A stretch of 62,718 nucleotides of DNA, counting the filler, from Choristocarpus tenellus KU-1152 (lineage: Eukaryota; Protista; Phaeophyceae): the NCBI GenBank assembly GCA_964200185.2. It is 9 parts of 9 records of this genome, joined end to end, with 100 filler letters (N's around TTAATTAATTAA, not from the genome) between each part and the next. Parts side by side here need not be neighbours in the genome. Positions count along the whole stretch, not along the records: positions 35,836 to 50,057 come from CAXNAD020001253.1; positions 50,158 to 62,718 come from CAXNAD020001789.1; 7 more parts are not named here. The stretch is one strand, 5' to 3'. Of the stretch, positions 49,868-60,856 are shown piece after piece (positions within the stretch are counted from its first letter, which is position 1; every line of letters starts with the position of its first letter). The position numbers were made by a program, and so were the translations under genes. The notes under the pieces are model-generated. The model had not been told where the DNA came from and ran no database searches. It worked only from the letters and a program-made list of their open reading frames with translations.

Positions 49868-51483
49868 TTTCAAGTATGCTTTCCCTACAGCAATTAAGAT
49901 GATGGCGTGTGGTTAACACTATTTTCCTGAGTATTCCGCAGGAGTAGTACTGCAGAAAGAACGAAATACTTGAACATGATGGCATCAAGGGCTCAAAGTA
50001 TCCGTTGGGGGGGGGGGGGCTACATCAGGGTGTCCATTTGGGTCCTGACCAGGAAAANNNNNNNNNNNNNNNNNNNNNNNNNNNNNNNNNNNNNNNNNNN
50101 NTTAATTAATTAANNNNNNNNNNNNNNNNNNNNNNNNNNNNNNNNNNNNNNNNNNNNCATAGCAACAACTCCAGAAGGGACAAACCAAAAGTCAGAAACA
50201 GGTGAAACGCATCTCCAATATCCGCTGCAGACTTGATACAGTCAACCACTTTCAATTTCAATTTGCGCCACCAGACAAATTCACAACCACAACAATAACA
50301 TGTCTTCCTCAAAATCAAAGCATGCAACCATTCTACAAAACCCTCTTGTTATTCAAAAAGTTAATGTACCCCTGGTTTGGTCGAACTCAATCAGATCCAA
50401 AAAAACAGCACACACTTGGTCATGGACCTACAAGAATAAAAATAAATTGGAGAGTTTGCAACATGAAAGTCGCAAGTACTAAGTAAACTAATCCAAATTC
50501 TTTGAAAGGTTACACAATCAAACTTTAAGAACTTGTTAAAACACATATCCTACCCCATCTCAACTTAAATGTTTCGTAAGCATGGAAATCCAGTAAAACT
50601 ACTTTAACTCCACTTGGCACTATGACAACTCATTTGCACAAAAATAAAATATAGCAGTAGCAAGCCTTCCTTAATGATACAATATGCTGTCATTTACCTT
50701 TTCGGGAAGATAACATCAGTAAGCTGTTCAAGAAACGAAGTGTTGAAGAAGTTACAAAAAATGTTTGGAAATAGATCTAGCGATATCTAAACCAGGTATA
50801 ATTTGTTTCAATATCAACAACTAACAGATATATTCAAAGTATCAACGGGAAAGTAGAAGTCACATTGCACTGCCAACACCTCCGTTTCGCCTTGTACAAG
50901 ATGCTAGTGCTTCTTATGGATTGTATCTCCATATCAAGAAATTTCCTCAAGCAGAAATTTTGGAGACCAGAAGGTTTGGAGAGTAGAAAGTGAATTGACC
51001 ATCTTTCTGTTTACGCAATATTAATTGAACAGTGCATCATGCCGATTATTATTAGAAATTTACCGATAAACTCTTTTATTTTTCCACGTCTGTGCTCTTT
51101 TCCCCACTGGGAAATCCATATTTTGAGGTATTTCTACAATTCACACACTCCACTCCAGTTTGATAGTAAGATCAAATACAAACTAAACTAAAAGTCACAT
51201 CAATTCTCTCGTTGTCAAATGCTTCATTGACCCGTGTTTGGTGTAGTAATATATGTAGTAGTACCATGATCATTCAATCCAAATATAGAATATATTTGAT
51301 TGAGGGTATGTTCACTTTGAAATATAATCAGTTACTCATTGCAGTAAATCTCTTTCATAACAAACTAAATGTACCCAGAAGACAGAATCTTCTATATATA
51401 TCTTAGATCAAGACTATCCTCAGGACAAGTTAGAAATTAAAATAAAATTCACCATACTTAACCTCAACAAAAACATTTACACA

Positions 51484-52494
51484 CCTTCAGATACTCAGTG
51501 ACAGCAGTATCTTCTGCATCACCCTCCCAGTTTCCCTCCTTCCAAATATCTTTCCATCTCTTCACACCATCTCCCCAATGCAAATATGGCAATATCCTTT
51601 AACCTTCACCCTTGGCATGTGACACATTGCCCAGCTTACCTGCCGCGACCAAGGGGTCCAACCCATCACGTAGGGCAACCATCACAGCACATACCCTTGC
51701 CCATGCCATTGGGATAACCTGACCCACAGTGGGAAACAAGTGAATTCCATCTGAGTCAGGTTTCTTTTCATGTATCACAACCTCCACAATCTCCTTTCGA
51801 ACAGCATCCATCCTTTCTCATCCTGTCAAACAGGATACAGCTATCACTCCTAATATGTGAAGATCTGCAGGTGGTTGAACCTCCTTCATTTCATCCACAC
51901 CCAACTCCCCCTGCCGCTTAGAAAAGATCTTTTCCATCTCATCACGCTTGACTTTCAAGTATTTGTCAATCAAATCATCAAGCTCCTTTACCGCAGATGC
52001 AACCTCATCATCACCCTCCATGAGGTCAATATTGTCCCAACAACCAAAACAGAGGAACCAGGCACCCTGCATAATAATAGATAAAGCCAGGTGTAGACAA
52101 GGTTACCTCTGTCTGACTTTTCATTGAAAAACTTGTAAAGGTCAGCTACAAGAAGGCGCAAGGCGCCCCTAATAAGGAAAAAAGGACGCATAGAGTCATA
52201 CTCCTTATGTGCACCAAAGTCCCACAACACGAACTTTAGCAGCTCGTTCGGCACCCATGCCTCGAGTGCGATCTTCTGGTTTCGTCAAATCAGGCTTGCC
52301 TGCCAACATACTCCGGGCAAGGCTGGTCTTGCACAATCCTCGCCAACCAGAACAACCTTGAACCTGTAGGACTTGGTCGACCCAGAACGTTCAATAGCCT
52401 CATGATATCGAACAATGGACTCAAGACCATATCATATACAACCTCAGCTTGAGGACTAACCCAACTGTTGTAATTAGTCCTTAACACTTGGCAT
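51484..52494 (-). pseudogene. ROCO (LRR-Roc-COR) GTPase exon, frameshifted copy
   Basis: Read across frameshifts: LRTNYNSWVSPQAEVV, KVVLVGED.., FVLWDFGAHKEY, LLVADL, VLVVGT, GVIAVSCLTG, then COR-like FPTVGQVIPMAWARV. Contains several frameshifts and stops. Confidence 0.85.
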
Positions 52495-52534
52495 ATTAAC
52501 CTTCATTGGTTATTTTCCAGATTTTTTATATCAG

Positions 52535-53144
52535 ATTTTCCAAAGGAGGCAACACTGCAACTGATAACATGCCAAGTGTTAAGGACCGATTACAACAGTG
52601 GGGTTAGTCCTCCAGCTGAGGTTGTGAACCGTGGTTATGAGGCAATTATTCGATATCATGAGGCTATTGAACGTTCTGGGTTGACCAAGTCCTACAGGCT
52701 CAAGGTGGTTCTGGTTGGCGTGGTTTGTGCAGACAAGACCAGCCTTGCCCGGAGTATGTTGGCAGGCAAGTCTGATTTGACCAAACCAGAAGATTGCACT
52801 CGAGGCGTGGATATACATCCTTGAAATCCGAAACCTTACAAGCTGCTAGAGTTCGTGTTGTGGGACTTTGGTGCACATAAGGAGTATGACTCTATGCGTC
52901 CTTTTTTCCTTACTAGGGGGGCGCCTTGCACCTTCTTGTAGCTGACCTCTACAAGTTTTCTCATGAAAAGTCAGACAGAGGTAACCTTGTCTACACCTGG
53001 CTTTATCTATTACTATGCAGGGTGCCTGGTTCCTCTGTTTTGGTTGTTGGGACACATATTGACCACATGGAGGGTGATGAGGTTACATCTGCAGTAAAGG
53101 AGCTTGATGATTTGATCGGCAAACACTTGAAAGTCAAGCATGAT
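52535..53144 (+). pseudogene. ROCO exon (last LRR, cap and Roc GTPase), truncated copy
   Basis: After atcag|: FPKEATLQLITCQVLRTDYNSGVSPPAEVVNRGYEAIIRY..RLKVVLVGVVCADKTSL..TRGVDI..WDFGAHKEY..VLVVGTHID. Has a premature TGA at 52822-52824 and a frameshift near 52920. Confidence 0.88.
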
Positions 53145-53231
53145 ATAAAATACAGAAGGAAGACATAATGAAAATTAAATATAGAAACTTGAAAATAGTG
53201 ATAAATAAGACAAAGTGATAATACAGAATTA

Positions 53232-53557
53232 TGTCAAGAGGCAGCGGCGTCCAATCAATCGTGGGGGGGGTGTTGAGAATCACCAATTGTGTCATGGTGG
53301 GGAGCTTCCAGCAAACCCAAAGCTCTCTCAGCTATCAAATCTTAGGAGAAGTTTGAAGAGAATCCCAGATCCACCAGATGGCGTCACATCTTGGTGATCT
53401 TCACTGGTAAGAAGCTGAGAATTCTCAAGAGTTCTCTCTGTTTGATGTTGTTGGGAACGTCACCAATAGCAAAGAAGTGTGCGCGCAATGCACTTGTGTG
53501 TGCGCGCGGGTGTTTACTTGGACTGAGATCAGCTCCCAACGGAACCAGTCCATCACA
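53232..53557 (-). repeat. 3' LTR
   Basis: Colinear with 60184-60512; TG..CA ends; adjacent to the PPT. Confidence 0.9.
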
Positions 53558-54603
53558 TCAGCCCCCCCCCAGTGTGAGCTCTGTCTGCACACAAGAAAAA
53601 AAAGTGGCTGACAGTCCCGTGGGAGCAAAGAAAAATAATTATCTGGGTAAGAAAAGAATGTTCCTGTAGCCAATTTGGAGTAGGTCCTTGAAAGGTTGTC
53701 CTCAACAGGGTTGGAACCCCAAAGTTTGGTGATGGGTAACATCTTATTGTATCTTCAATTACCTAAGGTTTATGAAGATAACATCCCAGAAAATGTTGGT
53801 ATCAAAGTGCTTGGGTCATTGTGTTGATCAAGCTACAATGCCTCAACTAGTGTAAATGTGAAATGCAAACCTATGGTTCCCTATTCTAGGTTGTGGGTTG
53901 CACTAGGCCACAACAGATGTCTCAAGAGGAACTGCACTGAGGCGGAGGGTTTCTTAGGAATTGTATCAGCCATTACTTTTGAGGGTGGATCATTACCTTG
54001 GATTATTACCTTGCGTCGCTGAAAGCTATAGGTAATATGTTCTGTGTCAGGAAAGGATTGTCCACTTCCATTCTGAGGAATATGTATACTGTCTGATCCT
54101 TTTGATTTGAAGGTGCAAACTCGATTTCTCACCTTCAAGTATTATTGTTAATAACCCTTGTATCCGGAGTTCTGGAGTGATGAGGTCCAGTTTTCTTCCT
54201 GTTCCAATCTTTTGGGCTATGTGGAGCAGAAACCGTGTGCCCGCCTATGAGGAACACAGTCACCTCCCACTGGGTGAGCTCAAATCAAAATCTTATTTGC
54301 TGAAGGGGAAAACCATTGAGAGGGCCAAGGAATCCCAACGATTTCCTGCTTAAGATAGAGGATTCAAACCTATAAATGACCATCCCGAGTATTCACATCA
54401 ATTACTCTTTTTGCGGGAATGGTGAAAACAAGTTTGGAGATGAAAAAAGAGGAGCATGGGGATCTTCCATTTGAAACTTGACAAACAGGGATAAAGCCTT
54501 GACCACCCCATATGTGTATGGGTCCAACAAATTATCCATTTGAGTGTGTTAAAAAATATGTTTGCACTTGTTAAGGAAAAACACCAACAACTTAGCGGGT
54601 AAA

Positions 54604-57600
54604 TCATCCACAAGTTTGCCTTAGAGGATTCGAACCTTCATCTCTACCTCTTTTAGTGGAATCTGATGTTGTATCAGGCCGGCAACCCACTTTGTGAGTA
54701 GTAGATGTAGCCACAGGGACATCACCTTGAGGGTTCGAAGCAAGAGCATGTTGAATGTTCTCCACAACAATGGCGGCAATTGATTGAGCGAGGTGTGCTT
54801 GTGAAGAGTGTGATGGTTCTTCGGCTATTGTGGAAAAGGGTGGTGGAGAAGATTGAAAAGACTCTGGCATTAATACACCTTGGTCACAGGAAGCTTTTGA
54901 AGATTTTAGCGTCAGTACACTTTGGTCGGGAGAAACATCCAGATTGTATCGTGATCTGTATGCTTCAATCATCTCTGCACACTGAGGAATTTCCTTTGAT
55001 TTCCGCCAGACATAACTAGCTGGAACAAAACCTCTAAATCTAAGCCGGTATGAATAGCTATGTGGGGATTTACGACCCACTCCAGGATTATGGTCTTCAA
55101 TGCCCTCAATAAATTATGGCCCTAAAGTTGGTTGAACGCTCGAACCTTGTTCTATATCTGTTCAGGTATTACTCTGCCCAGAAATATAGAATTGAGAAAG
55201 TCAATGTCTAGTTCAGGAAGGTAGCCCTCCTTATGAGGTTCAAGTCGTGCTATATGCACAGTGATTTCTCGACGGTCGGTCTGCACCTTCACACGGTAAA
55301 CTACCAGATTTATTCTCTTTTGTTTCATACAGTCCTCTCCACGGCGACAATAGCTTGGGGTTAGGAGCGTCTGCCGAAGTGTGGGTTTTATGTAGCCACA
55401 CCTTAGCACCAACTTCGTAAATAGTAATGGTGTGTTGAGTGGCCTTGGACTCGTTGCGCAAAGCCATCTCATCAATATTCTGTCTAGCCAGTTCATATGC
55501 CAGTTATAAATTATCCACTGTTTACTGTACTCCTGGGTAGAAATAGGCATGTCCTCTGGTATTGTGGGACGTCTCCCGAACATTAAATAAAAGGGTGCTT
55601 CTTGTACAGTGGTACTATAAGCGGTATTGTGAGCCAGTTGCACAAAGGGCAATAATGACCCCCAATCTGATTGCTTCATATTGGAATACATACCTAGCAT
55701 GCCATGCATTGTCTTATGAATTATTTCAAGAATGCTATTGCCTCAAGGTCGATATGGTGTTGTTTTTGTTTTCTTGTATCCATAGATCTTTTGAAGTTCT
55801 AGGATCAGTATATTTTCAAATTCCTTACCCTGGTCTGAGTGTAAAGTTTCTGGGGCGCCAAGAATAGAAAACACTCGTTCTGTTCATTATCTTAGGGTTA
55901 GGGTTCTGTTAATTCTCTTGCTATAGTTGCCTCTCGTTTGTGAGGAATAGCACTGAGCAAAGGAAACCTCGTTAAATGGTTGACAGCAGACAAGACATAA
56001 GTATTTTTCTCTGATTGAGTTTTGTACTTTACCAAATCAATTGCCACTCTCTGAAATGGGCGTGTTACTGGCATATGCGCTGGAGGGTTTGATGGTTTAG
56101 AAAGGGTTACCTTATGGCTTTGACATGATTGACATGTTTCACACCAATCTCGAACATCTTGATGTAAAGTGGGTCACCAAAAACGGTCACAAATTCAGGC
56201 AAAAGTGTGCTTAAATGCAAGGTGTCCTGAGACCTTATGATCATGAAGGGCATGAAGTATTAAACCTCGTATCTCAGTGGGCACCATTAATAGATCTCAG
56301 AAGTTATCGTTCTTTCGAAGGTGACTGGGTTGATACGATTTGTAAAATATCTGTTTGCCTTCCATTTCTTGTGTCAAAAAGTAAGATATGGTATACATTA
56401 TTTCGTTTTTTGGTAAGAGGACTTTTTCTGGATTAGTCAAATATTTGAAATAGTCTCCATATTGAGCTTGTTGAGCTTTGAACTGTCCTTCAGGATCCAC
56501 TGTTGGGAAAACATTAACGGCGATAGTGAATAGTTCCGTATCATTTTGTACTCTGGTAATTTCACCTGGTTTATCCACTGATAGATCATATGCAGGGTAA
56601 CCCTTGGGTGTGGAGACATCCGACTCTGTTTGGCCTATATTACGGCACAGTGGGGCTAGTGGAAGTGGTGTTTCATCCAACATAAATTCCTCCAACCGTG
56701 TCCGGGGTAACATATCCGGAATGTAGTGTAAACGTCCCAGCTTATGTAAAACTGTGAAGTCAAAATCTTGTAAGGCTAAGGCCCACCGGGTCAACATATT
56801 GGAAGTTATCTTGCGTTGTATCTAACCAACATAAAGCCGAATGATCACTTACAACTGTGAAATGATTTCCCCAAATATATGGGCACCAATGTGTGATAGC
56901 AAGAATGACGGCCAGACATTCTTTCTGAGTTGCTGAATATCGTCTTTAGGTTGGCTTAAAAAGAGCACTATGGTAAGCTACAATTTGGAAACTATCGTCC
57001 TCATTTTTTGTCCCAAGAAAGCTCCCATGCCAACATCGCTAGCGTCCACGTGAATAAAGAACTCTCGAGTAAAACCTGGAAAGCTTAATACTGGCGCCAT
57101 AGTCAATAGACGTTTACACTCATTAAAATAATTTTGCTGTGTTCGTCCCCATAGTTGAGATAAAATTTTGTCCTTTCCAGACTTATTGGTACTTTTCCTT
57201 GTAAGTGACACCAGGGGCTCGGTTATTGTAGACAAATGGGAAATGTATTTCCTAACAAATTTCATGGAACCCGAAAAGGATTGTAACTCCTTCACAGATT
57301 TAGGGGCTTTCAGAACGGTAATAGCCTGGATGCAATCTGGTGACACAGCAATACCACTGGGGCTGACTTCATGCCCCAAATAATGAATAGATATTGAGCC
57401 AAATTGGGCTTCAGAGGGTTTGAGGGTGACTCCTACTTGCAGTAACAACAATACGCTCTCAAGAAGTTGAATATGATGGTTCCATGTTGGGGAGGCTAGT
57501 ACAATATTGTCAAGATAAATCAGTAAGCCCATACTCAGTCCTAGCATTGAAAATGTTACTGATATGAAGCGTTGTATATACCTGGTGCATTAGCAACACC

Positions 57601-59155
57601 AAAGGGTAGCCTTTTGAATTCGTATTTTCCATTTGGTGTGACAAAGGCAGTTTTTTGGCATTCACTAGCGTTGGTGATGGGTAGTTGCCGGTAGGCCGAC
57701 TTGAACATCGAGACACGAGAGGTACTTTGCTCCCCCTAGTGTACCCAAACTATCTTCCATAGATGGTAATGGTCAGGAATTACATACCAATTTTTTGTTC
57801 AATGAGAGCCTAAAGTCTACACAGAATTGAGGAGACCCATCAGGTTTTGTGACTATGGTTACTGGTGACACCCAAGGACTTGAGAAATTCTGAATTATAC
57901 CCTGATTTTCCATGTCCTCCACACAACTACGGATTATTTCACATATTTTGGGTGCAGTTCAATATGGTGGACATTTCGCAGGAAATGTACCTGGTTTAAG
58001 TGGAAATTGCACACTGGTATTATTGCAACAGCCTAGTTCCTCAGAAGTGAGTAATAATACAGGTCGATATTTGGCAACAAGGTCAAATAGATCCTTATCA
58101 AATAATACTGAATCAACCAGGGCTATTTTACTGAAAACTTCTTTTAACTCATCACAGGCTTGTTTAAGCTCCTCTCGAGTGTTCGGAGTAGCTGCTATGG
58201 TTCTGGTCTGTGCTTCAGAAAGGGTGTGAATTTGATCTACTGGTGAGATATAACCTAGAACAAATTGAGGAGGTATCTTAACACCATGGTTGGAAGGGTT
58301 GGCAACTTTGACTAGGCAAGATCCATCCTCTTTCCAAACGGTTAAAGATCGACAGACCATGATATTTTTCCATGGAGAGAGGTGATGTTCCTGGTTGATG
58401 AAGTCCATGCTCGTCTTGACAATGGGCTCCACTACAGCGCCTTTGGCTGATCCAGGTAAGACCTGAGAACACAATGAAACAACAGTTTCTGTTCCCGAGG
58501 GTAAATTTGTATTATGTCTTACATGTACAGGTATGATGGACTCAGTTGAAACTGTCGCCACTAACCATTGCAACATGTTTGTTGCAATAGTTTGAGCATT
58601 ATTTTGACTGACGGTTGATGGATTAGCAATGGGTATGGGAGAAATTTTATGGGTGGCTGGGATGTGAACTGTGCTCCCAGAAAATGTTATTTCTTCTCTA
58701 TCCCAATCCAACTTCGCTCCAAAAGCAGCCATGATACATTTCAAAAGTATCTTATCAACACCTAGGGAGGGTAGAACAATTGCTTGAACAGGAAGTATTT
58801 TATTTCCCAAGGTTACTTGAAATTGAATAAAGCCATGTACTTGTAAGGGTCTTCCCCCAGCTCCTTTTAAATGTAAGGCACCATCTGGTATAGAACTGTT
58901 GTGAGCAGAACAAAGGGTGGGATGAGCTTGCATGTAACGATAACTAATGAGCGGAATGTCAGTTGCATTAAAAACTGAATCATCATCAATTTTGCCAGGA
59001 ATCGATACTCGACGAGATGAAACCTGCAAGGTACAAGGGTGTTGAGAGTAATGCTGAATTGCAGATGTATGCCAACCCACTGACTTAGTGCAACACAAAC
59101 GAGATGCTACAAAGTCTTCACCCACTGTTACAATAAATTTGGAAGAATGCTTCAC
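54604..59155 (-). pseudogene. Gypsy pol (protease, RT, RNase H, integrase, chromodomain), broken by stops and frameshifts
   Basis: LKGAGGRPLQVHG (PR); SPWVSPVTIVTKPDGSPQFCVDFR and IYLDNI (RT); VDASDVGMGAFL and YSATQKECLAV (RH); CETCQSCQ, LPFVQLAHNT..PFYLMFGR and KLLSPWRG (IN); YRLRFRGF..WRKSKEIPQCAEMIEAY (chromodomain). Confidence 0.92.
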
Positions 59156-60183
59156 TGCTGAGGATGTTACTGCATTAACAAAATGGGTCTGAGGCAGTGG
59201 ATTGTAATTTGGTCATTTTGAATGATTAACCCTTGTAGGTTTTTTCACTGCAGGGTTGGAGCCCAAGAATTGTTAGAATGATGTGATTGAGACAGTGTTC
59301 AAATGCATCATCAACTGACCGATTTGGTGAACAACTTGGTTGTCCACTTCTGGGTCGGATCCCAAAGAAACATTGTAAGGATCTGGTGTAGGCAGGTGTT
59401 GCCCATTTCTTGCTTTATTTAGCCTATCTGAGTGGCAATTTATCGCAATATTGCTCACTACTTATAAGGAAACCAATGTAATATTAGAAAATCGCAACCG
59501 AGACATTTATTGCTCAAGTGCGCACCATTAGTTAGCCTACTTGAGTGACAACTTATCAAACACAGATTTGTTCATAACTGGGTAGGATACCATGAACTAG
59601 GACAGGACAAAAAAAATGTCCTTGAATCAAACACAGTTACGACTTGTGTCCCTCCTTTATCTGCCTCAAAGAATTTGATATCTTTAATGTCTTTGGCAGA
59701 AAGAATTTCACCGCAAATGGCGACTAGAACGACGTGCTATATTTATCTAAGTTTTGTTCGACTTCAACGTTGCCGATGCCTGAAGTGCTGAAACCACCTA
59801 ACCCTAACCCTGGATTTTCCAAGTCCTTAAGTCCAACAGGACTCTTTCCACATAATCATCGCAAAGGTTTGTCAGTGGAGTTGGATTGTCGGGCTCACAG
59901 CTTTCTTCTACTACCTCAAACCGATTGGTGGATGGGCTGATCGTACTGCAGGAGGATCGGTCCCTGGGTTGTGCCCCCACCATGCCTTCTTACTCAAGAG
60001 AGTCTCCTAGAACGCCATCAACGGAATCGGTTGATGGAGTATCGGTGTTGAGTCAGGTGTCTGGCTTGGGGCAGATGCTGGTTCAGGGGGTCCAACAGTC
60101 GTGGGTTTGCCTTTTTTATTAATCCTTGGTTACTTCTCGGTATAGTGGATCCATCCCCTTTTGATTGTTGGCGTGAGTATCAC

Positions 60184-60512
60184 TGTCATGAGGCAGGGTC
60201 CAATTAGTCGTGGGGGGTGTTGAGAATCACCAATTGTGTCATAGTGAGGTGGTGCTTCCAGCAAACCCAAAGCTCTCCCAGCTATCAAATCTTAGGAGAA
60301 GTTTGAAGAGAATCCCAGATCCACCAGATGGCGTCACATCTTGGTGATCGTCACCGGTAAGAAGTCTGAGAATTCTCAAGAGTTCTCTTTGTTTGATGTT
60401 GTTGGTAACGTCACCAATGACAAATAAATGTGCGCGCAATCACTTGTGTGTGCGCGCGGATGTATATTTGGACTGAGATCAGCTCCTAACCCAAAGGAAT
60501 CTCTCCGTCACA
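60184..60512 (-). repeat. 5' LTR
   Basis: Colinear with 53232-53557. Confidence 0.9.
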
Positions 60513-60830
60513 ATTACAACATTCAAAAATTGAAACATCGAACACAAAAACACACATATTAAGCTGAGAAATACTCAAGCAAACAATGAAGAATTTGAAA
60601 AAGGACAAAGATTTATTACACAGGAGTGAACTTCAGTGACAAAACATGTTCAAAACAGAAAATACAGTAACATTCAGTCAAAGGTGGAGTGACAACGCAT
60701 GCAAAACTAAAAACACATATATTCTTACAACCACAAATTCTCAATTACCTTCTACGCTAAGACTAACTAAACATCTTGGCCCAACCTATTAACAACAACG
60801 TGATACACAAAGGAGAGCAAAAGGTTAACG

Positions 60831-60856
60831 ACCTCCATCCGGGAATCGAACCCAGG
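60831..60856 (-). other. tRNA-like T-arm/B-box fragment (possible SINE head or tRNA pseudogene)
   Basis: Minus strand reads cctgggttcgattcccggatggaggt; no convincing complete cloverleaf. Confidence 0.3.

Larger units (their letters stand above)
53232..60512 (-). mobile_element. Full-length decayed Ty3/Gypsy LTR retrotransposon with a chromodomain (chromovirus-like)
   Basis: Paired LTRs TGTCA..TCACA; ATTA TSD at 53228-53231 and 60513-60516; G-tract PPT at ~53561-53570; PR-RT-RH-IN-chromodomain order. Confidence 0.93.

Noticed and set aside
60165-60183. Assigning the Gypsy primer-binding site to a specific tRNA
   Set aside because: It reads TGATACTCACGCC rather than TGG.., too decayed to assign without the organism's tRNA set.
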